Origin: Flavobacteriales bacterium
GTDB taxonomy: Bacteria > Bacteroidota > Bacteroidia > Flavobacteriales_D > UBA2798
Direction: 5' to 3'
Assembly (NCBI GenBank): GCA_035299065.1
Contig: DATGXI010000168.1
Span: 1 to 39,910, forward strand
DNA length: 39,910 nt
Shown here: positions 10,324 through 17,761 of the stretch, piece by piece
How the letters are laid out: the number at the start of each line of letters is the position of its first letter
How positions within the stretch are numbered: the stretch's first letter is position 1
Program-made: the position numbers and the translations under genes
The notes under the pieces: generated by a model
The model's database searches: none
Seen by the model: only the letters and a program-made list of their open reading frames with translations
What the model was told of the DNA's origin: nothing

Positions 10324-10469
10324 TTAAAAATCCGTTAATCGTTATTTGCTATTTGTCAATTTTCACTCCTCTGGAGCTGTGACGCTGCCCATTCAAAACC
10401 GGTTTGCAAAAATTCAAGACCGTTTTGCCTGAGGTTTCATATCTCGTACTTATATCTCAGTACGCTGTA

Positions 10470-11105
10470 CTATTTATAAAATCCCATTTCCACCAAATAC
10501 TTGTATACAGGCTCTGTCACCATATACCGTATGTCTTTCCCCTCTTTAATCATTTCGCGTATTTGCGTTGAGGAAATGCCCAGCAAAGGCGTTTGCTCGA
10601 ACTTCACATTTGCGTGCCGGTAAAATTCGTTTTTAGGTTCGCCTGCATTTAATTCACGCGCATAAACATAAATTTCATGGTGTTTTAAGATTTCAGCCGG
10701 ATTTTTCCACTTGTGAAAATTTGCCAGGTTATCTTCGCCCATCAATAACGCAAATTCGTATTGAGGAAATTTTTCCCTTAGGTGAGTAAGTGTATTTACG
10801 GTATAGGACGGTTGCTCCAGCTTTGTTTCAATATCACTTACCGTAAATTTAGGGTTATTCTCAATGGCCACGTTGCACATATAAATGCGATGGTTGGTTG
10901 CCAGCAATGATTTTTTGTCTTTTAACGGGTTGTGCGGGCTTACCACAAACCATATTTTATCCAGGCCCGCACCAAGCATATGATTGGCAATAATAAGGTG
11001 GCCTACGTGCAATGGGTTAAATGACCCAAAAAACAACCCCACTTTTGTTTTTTTGCCTTTCACAAATTCGCTCATGGTTGCTATATTTTTTTCCAAATTG
11101 CCCAT
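10470..11105 (-). CDS. nadD: nicotinate-nucleotide adenylyltransferase
   Basis: It has the GSFNPLHVGH (T/HxGH) nucleotidyltransferase motif and is 211 aa. Its start overlaps the murI stop by 1 nt (TAATG). Confidence 0.85.
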   Translation of the reverse strand: MGNLEKNIATMSEFVKGKKTKVGLFFGSFNPLHVGHLIIANHMLGAGLDKIWFVVSPHNPLKDKKSLLATNHRIYMCNVAIENNPKFTVSDIETKLEQPSYTVNTLTHLREKFPQYEFALLMGEDNLANFHKWKNPAEILKHHEIYVYARELNAGEPKNEFYRHANVKFEQTPLLGISSTQIREMIKEGKDIRYMVTEPVYKYLVEMGFYK

Positions 11106-11905
11106 TATAATTTGTAAAAATCTAAATGAATTTCTTTTCCGTAAAATATGTTGGTGGTGTGTTCAAATGACTTGGTGTAGTCCGACACATAAAAAATATC
11201 GTTACCGCTTTTTTTATCGCTGTTCAAACCTTCCTTTTCCAAAATCAGTTTTAATTTATGGGCTACTACCTCGGCTGAGTCAAATAATTTCACTTTATGT
11301 TGGTAAAATGCCGAAATCTCATTTTTTATCAACGGGTAATGCGTACAGGCCAGCACCAGTGCATCAATGTCTTTTAGTGCCTCATCGTTCAAGTAATTTT
11401 GTAACACCGCTTCGCTAATGTTGTTGTTGTAAAACCCCTCTTCAATCATTGATGCCAGTAAAGGCGTTGCCATGGGAGCAAATTTTAATCCGGGTTTTCT
11501 TCTTGTAAATTTCTCCTGGTATATACCCGAATTGATGGTTGTTTTAGTAGCAATAATGCCAACATTCTTAATTTGGTCATCGGCAATAACGGCTTCAATC
11601 ATGGGGTCAATTACATTTATAACCGGCACCTTGCCCTTGTACGTGTCGCGCAGCAATTCATATGCGGCAGCGCTGGCCGTATTGCAGGCTATAACAATGG
11701 CCTTGCATTTTTTTTCGTGTAATAAAAAATCGGTAATGGTTGTAGCGTATGAGCGTATCAATTCTTTTGATTTATCGCCATAAGGCATATGTGCAGTATC
11801 GCCAAAATAAATCAATTGCTCATTGGGTAAAATACGTGAAATGGCTTTTGCTACGGTTAAACCACCAATACCCGAATCAAATATGCCTATGGGAGCCTGG
11901 TTCAT
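11105..11905 (-). CDS. murI: glutamate racemase
   Basis: It has IGIFDSGIGGLTV at the N-terminus and the two catalytic Cys motifs (ACNTAS and ACTHYP). It is 266 aa. Confidence 0.9.
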   Translation of the reverse strand: MNQAPIGIFDSGIGGLTVAKAISRILPNEQLIYFGDTAHMPYGDKSKELIRSYATTITDFLLHEKKCKAIVIACNTASAAAYELLRDTYKGKVPVINVIDPMIEAVIADDQIKNVGIIATKTTINSGIYQEKFTRRKPGLKFAPMATPLLASMIEEGFYNNNISEAVLQNYLNDEALKDIDALVLACTHYPLIKNEISAFYQHKVKLFDSAEVVAHKLKLILEKEGLNSDKKSGNDIFYVSDYTKSFEHTTNIFYGKEIHLDFYKL

Positions 11906-12333
11906 TACTTTTTTTCCTGGGTTGGTTGTGTAACAGGCCCAAGTTTAAAATTTACGGGCAAAACATATTTACATTTAACAGGTTTACCATCATTTAAAGC
12001 AGGCTTCCATTTGGGAAAAAGACTAACCACACGCACAGCCTCCGCATCCAGTTCCGCATGAATGGGCCGTTTCACCCTTATATTGGTAACACTGCCGTCC
12101 TTATCCACAACAAATTCAATATACACTTTGCCCTGTATATTATCCTTCACACAGGTTTGTGGATAAACCAAATTTGTTGAAAGAAATTGTATCATAGCCG
12201 CCATGCCGCCCGGGTATTCAGCAGGCTCCTGTATTTGCGCCACATCAAAAACTTTTTCCTTTTCCACATCTTCCTGGCAAACTCCCTGAGAACTTAACAA
12301 ACCAAAAACAACTATAGCCAATATCTTTCTCAT
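11905..12333 (-). CDS. secreted TonB C-terminal-domain protein (paralog 1)
   Basis: It has a signal peptide (MRKILAIVVFGLLSSQGVCQ) and a TonB_C-like fold signature (GKVYIEFVVDKDGSV...LDAEAVRVV...KPV...VLPVNFKL). It has no TM anchor and no Pro-rich spacer. It overlaps the murI start by 1 nt. Confidence 0.75.
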   Translation of the reverse strand: MRKILAIVVFGLLSSQGVCQEDVEKEKVFDVAQIQEPAEYPGGMAAMIQFLSTNLVYPQTCVKDNIQGKVYIEFVVDKDGSVTNIRVKRPIHAELDAEAVRVVSLFPKWKPALNDGKPVKCKYVLPVNFKLGPVTQPTQEKK

Positions 12334-12752
12334 TTTTTATCCTCCTTCATTTTAGGGGGTAACACAAAATTAACCGGCAATACTGTCATTGACTTCACAG
12401 GTTTTCCAATCACTTTGGCCGGTGTCCAATTTGGCATGGCTTTTACCACGCGAATGGCTTCAGCATCCAAATCCGGGTCACCCTTGCGCTTCACCCGCAC
12501 GCCTTTTACTTTACCCGTTTCATCAATTACAAACTCAACGTACACTTTGCCTTCAACTTTTTTTTCATACGCTTTAGTGGGATATTTTAATTCTGACGAC
12601 AAAAATTTTGCCAAGGCATCAGGCCCACCAGGAAACTGCGCTTTTTCCTCTACGTGTTGCTGGTCAGGAACTACTTCAGGCGTTTTTGTTTTGTCCTGGC
12701 TAAAAGCAGGGCTTGCAAATAAAAGGATGAACACAAAAAATATATTTTTCAT
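12330..12752 (-). CDS. secreted TonB C-terminal-domain protein (paralog 2)
   Basis: It has a signal peptide (MKNIFFVFILLFASPAFSQ) and is ~50% identical to paralog 1 across the TonB_C region. It overlaps paralog 1 by 4 nt (ATGA). Confidence 0.75.
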   Translation of the reverse strand: MKNIFFVFILLFASPAFSQDKTKTPEVVPDQQHVEEKAQFPGGPDALAKFLSSELKYPTKAYEKKVEGKVYVEFVIDETGKVKGVRVKRKGDPDLDAEAIRVVKAMPNWTPAKVIGKPVKSMTVLPVNFVLPPKMKEDKK

Positions 12753-12753
12753 T

Positions 12754-13839
12754 TTATTGAATTTTAAAATTTACCGGTAAAATAAATTTTGCCTTTGCTA
12801 TCTGGCCCCTAACCAAAGCAGGTTTCCATTTCGGCATACGCTCAACCACCCGCAAAGCCTCACCATCCAAAGCTGAATGTACACCACGCTTTACAAAGGC
12901 GCCATAGACGTTTCCCAGATCATTTACAAAAAATTCAATATAAACCCTGCCTTGAATATTTTTACGGGCCGCAGCTCTGGGGTAGCGTATATTATTTTTA
13001 AGATAATTCATTAATTCCTGCATTCCCCCAACATATTCAGGATCTACATATATGGCTGTATAGGTATATTTATTTTCATCATCATCCCAACTTTCACCTT
13101 TTAACAACTTTCCATCCTTATATTCTTCTGTATATCTTCTTTTACCCTCAACGCCCCCTTTCCAAACGCCCTCGCGCAAGCCGTCACGGTACATGCCGGT
13201 TTCAATACCCTGCCAACGTTTACTGTAACCTGTATACACACCATTTCCGTCCGTTACAAAAGTATTGCCAAGGCTGTCACCTGCACTCAGTAATTTTTCT
13301 TCTATAAGCTTATTTTTGGAATCACGAATGTACTCTTTCACTTCCTTAGAGGTACCATTGCAGTAATAAAATTTCCATGAACCTTTTGTGTTTCCAAATT
13401 CCTCGTCACCTTCTTTCTCCAGGTTCCCGTTAGGGTAATAATATTTCCAATATCCGGCATGTAAGCCTTCTCTGTATTCGCCCTCTTCCTCAATTATTCC
13501 ATCCTGCCGGTAGCTTTTCCATAAACCCGTTTTATAACCCCCTGAATATTCGCCAACGGCTTTGACATTCCCATTTTCATAAAAATAAGTTACCTTGCCT
13601 TCTTCCTTATCGCCTACAAACGTTGCGGCCATTTGCAATTTACCCGATATGTAGTAATCTCTTACAATGCCTTCCCATTTATCTTTTTTTGATTTTCCAA
13701 CCCTGAAATAAGCCGCGTCCTTTTTTTTATCAACCTCGTCCCAATAAGTGTTATAGTAGCAAGCAACTGAATCGCGTTGCGCACTGGTTTCATGAAATAT
13801 CAGCAGAAAAATTATAAGGTAAAAAACGTTCATTGACAT
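12754..13839 (-). CDS. secreted MORN-variant (YwqK-like) repeat protein fused to a TonB C-terminal domain
   Basis: After a signal peptide come more than 6 G-x-W/Y-x-x-Y/W repeats, for example GEYSGGYKTGLWKSY and GEYREGLHAGYWKYYYPNG. The C-terminal ~90 aa is TonB_C-like (GRVYIEFFVNDLGNVYGAFV...LDGEALRVVERMPKWKPA...ILPVNFK). There is a 1-bp gap to the next gene. Confidence 0.75.
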   Translation of the reverse strand: MSMNVFYLIIFLLIFHETSAQRDSVACYYNTYWDEVDKKKDAAYFRVGKSKKDKWEGIVRDYYISGKLQMAATFVGDKEEGKVTYFYENGNVKAVGEYSGGYKTGLWKSYRQDGIIEEEGEYREGLHAGYWKYYYPNGNLEKEGDEEFGNTKGSWKFYYCNGTSKEVKEYIRDSKNKLIEEKLLSAGDSLGNTFVTDGNGVYTGYSKRWQGIETGMYRDGLREGVWKGGVEGKRRYTEEYKDGKLLKGESWDDDENKYTYTAIYVDPEYVGGMQELMNYLKNNIRYPRAAARKNIQGRVYIEFFVNDLGNVYGAFVKRGVHSALDGEALRVVERMPKWKPALVRGQIAKAKFILPVNFKIQ

Positions 13840-13984
13840 TTAGGTTTGGGTGTTAATATATCCTCCATGATTTTTTGGTTACACGTTGGGTCAAGGCTAT
13901 ACATAAAACTATACCAAAGCTTTTCATAGAAGTATTCCGTCAATTTCCTCCTTAAAGATACTATATTTACCCCATCATTTAGCG

Positions 13985-15445
13985 TTGAAAAAAACAGCAG
14001 TTATAGGAACCGGAATTGCAGGGCTTGCCACAGCGGCCCGCCTTGCCGCCAAAGGTCACAAAGTCACTTGTTTTGAGGCCAATTCCACCTACGGAGGCAA
14101 GCTCACCGCGTTCATAAAAAACGGGTACCGGTTTGATGCCGGACCTTCGCTTTTTACCATGCCCGCATTGGTTGACCAGGTGTTTACCGCCTGCCAAAAA
14201 GATGCCCGAACCTATTTTAATTACCGCAAAAAAGAAGTAGCCTGCCATTATTTTTTTGAGGATGGAACATTTATAAAAGCATACAGTGATCCGCAAAAAC
14301 TGGCCATTGAATTGCATGCAAAAACCGGTATCTCCACACAAAAAACTGAAGCTTATTTTAAAAAGGCTGCTAACAAATACAACCGGGTTGGGCACATATT
14401 CATGAACAAAAGCCTGCACAAAGCCAAAACATGGTTTAGTGCCGATGTGGCTAAAGCGCTCCTTTTTCTCCCGTCCTATAACTTATTTACCAGCATGAAC
14501 CGGGTTAATGAAAAATTGCTTGACAATCAAAAAACCATTCAATACTTTAACCGGTACGCTACCTATAACGGTTCTAACCCTTACGCAGTTCCGGGTTTGC
14601 TTGCCATGATACCCCACCTTGAACATGGCATCGGAACGTTTCTTCCTGAAGGGGGTATGCAAAGCATTTCTGATTCAATATATAAACTTTGTGTTGAACT
14701 TGGGGTTGAATTTCATTTCAATACACCCGTTACCGAAATTGTGACTGACGAAGCTAAAGTGTGCGGCCTTGTTGCCAATGACAGGGCCTGGAGTTTTAAC
14801 ACTGTTGTTTGTAACATGGACGTTGCGCATGCATACAAAAAATTACTACCACAGGTAAAAACCCCTAAAAAAATTGAACAACAAGAGCGTTCAAGCAGTG
14901 CGCTTATTTTTTATTGGGGCATTAACAAACAATTTCCTGAGTTGGATCTTCACAACATTCTTTTCAGCAATAATTACCCCGAAGAATTTAACCATATTTT
15001 TAAAAAACAAAGCATTTACAATGATCCTACAGTTTACATCAACATCACATCAAAAGAAATTCCTTCTGACGCACCTCCGGGTTGTGAAAATTGGTTTGTA
15101 ATGATCAATGTACCTGCCAACAAAGGTTATTTCACACAAGAAATTAAAATTCAGGCCCGGCAGTATATACTTGCCAAATTAAGCCGCCATTTCAAAACCG
15201 ACTTTGAAAAATTCATCATTCTTGAAGAAAGCCTTGATCCAAATAGCATTGAAAGCAAAACATCAAGCCTGCATGGTTCACTTTACGGCACCAGCAGCAA
15301 TTCACGCATGGCCGCATTTAATCGTCACGCCAACTTTACTTCGAAAATAAAAAACCTTTACTTTTGCGGAGGCAGCGTGCACCCGGGTGGAGGAATTCCC
15401 CTTTGCTTAAACAGTGCAAAAATTGTAAGTGAATTAGTTAAATGA
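13985..15445 (+). CDS. phytoene-desaturase-family FAD oxidoreductase (CrtI/CrtD-type carotenoid desaturase)
   Basis: A TTG start gives N-terminal KKTAVIGTGIAGLATAARLA, the Rossmann GxGxxG, with an in-frame stop upstream. The C-terminal end has the family motif (YFCGGSVHPGGGIPL). It is adjacent to cruF-like, crtZ and crtY. The pairing with a CruF-like gene favours a 1-hydroxy-carotenoid 3,4-desaturase (CrtD) role over CrtI. Confidence 0.8.
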   Translation: MKKTAVIGTGIAGLATAARLAAKGHKVTCFEANSTYGGKLTAFIKNGYRFDAGPSLFTMPALVDQVFTACQKDARTYFNYRKKEVACHYFFEDGTFIKAYSDPQKLAIELHAKTGISTQKTEAYFKKAANKYNRVGHIFMNKSLHKAKTWFSADVAKALLFLPSYNLFTSMNRVNEKLLDNQKTIQYFNRYATYNGSNPYAVPGLLAMIPHLEHGIGTFLPEGGMQSISDSIYKLCVELGVEFHFNTPVTEIVTDEAKVCGLVANDRAWSFNTVVCNMDVAHAYKKLLPQVKTPKKIEQQERSSSALIFYWGINKQFPELDLHNILFSNNYPEEFNHIFKKQSIYNDPTVYINITSKEIPSDAPPGCENWFVMINVPANKGYFTQEIKIQARQYILAKLSRHFKTDFEKFIILEESLDPNSIESKTSSLHGSLYGTSSNSRMAAFNRHANFTSKIKNLYFCGGSVHPGGGIPLCLNSAKIVSELVK

Positions 15446-16071
15446 AACCTGTCTTATATTATACAGCAATTGCGGTGCTCATTGTAATGCATGCGGTTGG
15501 TCTTTATGGTTTAACACACAACCATATGACCTATTACAGGGATCTTACCGCCTTTAACCTCACCCTTACATTTGTTTTGTTCCTTGTTGGTGCATTTCGT
15601 TTTGATTTACCTTATTTAATCACCATCCTGGTTATTTCAGCAATTGGCCTTGTGGTTGAAATTATTGGGGTTAAAACCAAACTTATTTTTGGTGATTACA
15701 ACTATACCACCATACTTGGACCTGATGTTATTGATGTGCCCCTGGTAATTGGCCTCAACTGGGGCCTTCTTATTATGAGTTGTGCTGCCATTGTTTACAA
15801 CGTTTACAACAACAACCTGGCGCGCGCCATGGCCGGGGCTACCCTAATGCTGCTTATGGATATTGTGCTAGAGCCCATTGCTTTCAAGTACAATTTTTGG
15901 CAATGGGACACAAAAACAATACCCCTGCAAAACTATATTGCCTGGTGGCTCGTATCTTTTACCATGTTATTGGGCGTATTCAGTTTCCTCAAAAATCCAC
16001 ACAACAAAATGGCATATTGGGTATTTGGTGTTCAGTTCTTGTTCTTTTGTTTGTTGAATTTATTAACTTAG
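15442..16071 (+). CDS. polytopic membrane protein of the carotenoid-biosynthesis (DUF422/CruF-like, putative carotenoid 1,2-hydratase) family
   Basis: It is 209 aa with ~6 predicted TM helices. It overlaps the preceding desaturase gene by 4 nt (ATGA). The assignment rests on gene context and overall hydropathy/length resemblance to CruF-like proteins and is not motif-proven. Confidence 0.5.
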   Translation: MKPVLYYTAIAVLIVMHAVGLYGLTHNHMTYYRDLTAFNLTLTFVLFLVGAFRFDLPYLITILVISAIGLVVEIIGVKTKLIFGDYNYTTILGPDVIDVPLVIGLNWGLLIMSCAAIVYNVYNNNLARAMAGATLMLLMDIVLEPIAFKYNFWQWDTKTIPLQNYIAWWLVSFTMLLGVFSFLKNPHNKMAYWVFGVQFLFFCLLNLLT

Positions 16072-16078
16072 CAGCAAA

Positions 16079-16555
16079 TTGATAATTGTTAGTTACATAT
16101 TAATCACTTTAGGAACATTTTTTCTAATGGAAGGGGTAACCTGGTTTACCCATAAATTTATCATGCACGGCCTTATGTGGTATTTTCACCGTGACCATCA
16201 CCAACCTGAAAAAGGCTTTTTTGAAAAAAATGATTTCTTCTTTTTAATATTTGCCGTACCCAGCTGGTTGTGCATTATGCTTGGGCTTATGTACCAGCAT
16301 TATTATGTAGTTTGCATTGGCGCAGGCATAGCCATGTATGGGCTTGCCTATTTTCTTGTACATGATGTTTTTATTCATCAACGCTTCAAATTTTTACGCA
16401 ATACCGATAGCGTTTATTTTCGCGCATTACGTAAAGCCCATAAAGTTCACCACAAACATTTAGGAAAAGAAGAAGGTGAGTGTTTTGGCATGCTTTACGT
16501 TCCACGCAAATATTTCCGCGAAGCACGTGCATCAATGGAAAATAAGAATTCATGA
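16079..16555 (+). CDS. crtZ: beta-carotene 3-hydroxylase
   Basis: It has the His boxes of the sterol-desaturase/FA-hydroxylase family arranged as in CrtZ: HKFIMHGLMWYFHRDHH, then HDVFIHQRF, then HKVHHKH. It is 158 aa with 4 TM helices. Confidence 0.85.
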   Translation: MIIVSYILITLGTFFLMEGVTWFTHKFIMHGLMWYFHRDHHQPEKGFFEKNDFFFLIFAVPSWLCIMLGLMYQHYYVVCIGAGIAMYGLAYFLVHDVFIHQRFKFLRNTDSVYFRALRKAHKVHHKHLGKEEGECFGMLYVPRKYFREARASMENKNS

Positions 16556-16614
16556 TTGAGCGTATGGAGTCAATTAGCACAGAAATATTATTTGATTCTA
16601 TTATTAACTTGACT

Positions 16615-16710
16615 CACACCCACACATTTTTTCTGCCTACTTCTGCCGGATCTGCGCGAAACGCCTTCCACACCCACACTTCCGAACAACGGACAATGGA
16701 CAACGGACAA
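16615..16710. repeat. short direct repeats in the crtZ-crtY intergenic region: CACACCCACAC x2 (16615-16625, 16669-16679) and GGACAA(T/C) x3 (16691-16711) abutting the crtY ATG
   Basis: These were read directly from the sequence. The heptad triplet ends 5 nt before the ATG at 16716. Confidence 0.6.
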
Positions 16711-16715
16711 CGATC

Positions 16716-17441
16716 ATGAAATCCCTTTACCTCATATTAGACATAGCTGCAATATCGGGTCCGCTATTCCTTAGTTTCGACAAAAAAGTAAACTTCATTC
16801 GCCAATGGAAATTTGCTTTTGCAGCAATTTTGTGCATGATGCTTATTTTTATTCCCTGGGACAGTATTTTTACTTACTACGGCATTTGGGGTTTTAATGA
16901 AAAATATACGCTTGGGCCACGTTATGCTTATTTACCCATTGAAGAGTGGTTGTTTTTTCCGGCAACGCATTTTGCCGTAGTTTTTATGTACGAGTGCCTC
17001 AACACCTACATAAAAAAAGATGTGCTTGCCCGGTCTTACAAATTCATGCTGTGTCTTTTTATACTAATAGGACTTATTGTTGCTATTTTTTACCCTTCTC
17101 AGTTATACAGTAGCTTAAAAATGGGTGGAGCTGCCGTACTTACATTTGTGGTGCTGTTTTTTTGGAACCCAAAGTGGCTTAGCCGTTTTACCTTGTGCTT
17201 TTTGGTTTCCTTACTACCTTTTTTTATAATGAACAGTATTCTTACCGGTTCATTTCTTGACGAACCCATTGTTTGGTATAACCCACACCACATTTTCAAT
17301 ATTCGCATTGGCACAATTCCGGTTGAGGATATTTTCTACAACCTGTTTATGCTACTCACAACGTTTTGTTTTTACCATTGGTTTAAATCGTGGAAAAATG
17401 ATCCGTTAATACATTATCCGCATCAAAATGAGCAATTATAA
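16716..17441 (+). CDS. crtY: fused heterodimeric-type lycopene beta-cyclase (CrtYc-CrtYd fusion; lycopene cyclase domain x2)
   Basis: It is 241 aa and all-alpha membrane. Two lycopene-cyclase-domain halves each carry a conserved acidic P-x-E-E-x-x-F/W-F signature (LPIEEWLFF in the first half). The fusion type is the one described for Bacteroidota flexixanthin clusters. Confidence 0.75.
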   Translation: MKSLYLILDIAAISGPLFLSFDKKVNFIRQWKFAFAAILCMMLIFIPWDSIFTYYGIWGFNEKYTLGPRYAYLPIEEWLFFPATHFAVVFMYECLNTYIKKDVLARSYKFMLCLFILIGLIVAIFYPSQLYSSLKMGGAAVLTFVVLFFWNPKWLSRFTLCFLVSLLPFFIMNSILTGSFLDEPIVWYNPHHIFNIRIGTIPVEDIFYNLFMLLTTFCFYHWFKSWKNDPLIHYPHQNEQL

Positions 17442-17757
17442 GTCGACACTTAGCGAAAAAATTGCAAAAATTGTTTTCCAGGTCAGCCGCATGCACATCA
17501 ATGATCCGAATATACCACAGTGCTGGGACGCCATTACACAGTTGCTCATCAGGGATGAATCAGAAACCATTGATTTTTTAAATTCCTGTGATGACGAGTA
17601 CACACTTGGTGTTGTAAGCGCATCGTTTGCCGATGCGTCTTTTCACCTGCAAAGCAACCATTTTATCAGGTGCCTCGAAAAACTGGAACAAAAATTTCCG
17701 GGGCAACACCTTAAATACATGGTTGCCGATGCAAAAAATGCCATGGACAACGAATAG
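17428..17757 (+). CDS. hypothetical cytoplasmic protein, translationally coupled to crtY
   Basis: Its ATG overlaps the crtY 3' end by 14 nt. It is 109 aa with no TM segment or signal peptide and 4 Cys. Its stop lies 4 bp from the convergent TonB-dependent receptor stop. No family is recognised. Confidence 0.45.
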   Translation: MSNYKSTLSEKIAKIVFQVSRMHINDPNIPQCWDAITQLLIRDESETIDFLNSCDDEYTLGVVSASFADASFHLQSNHFIRCLEKLEQKFPGQHLKYMVADAKNAMDNE

Positions 17758-17761
17758 CCTT

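Noticed and set aside
10440-10469. A short tandem repeat, ATATCTC(A)GTAC x2, downstream of nadD.
   Set aside because: It is only two imperfect copies in an AT-rich spacer. It probably belongs to the nadD 3' end or the Nif3 promoter region, and there is no further support.
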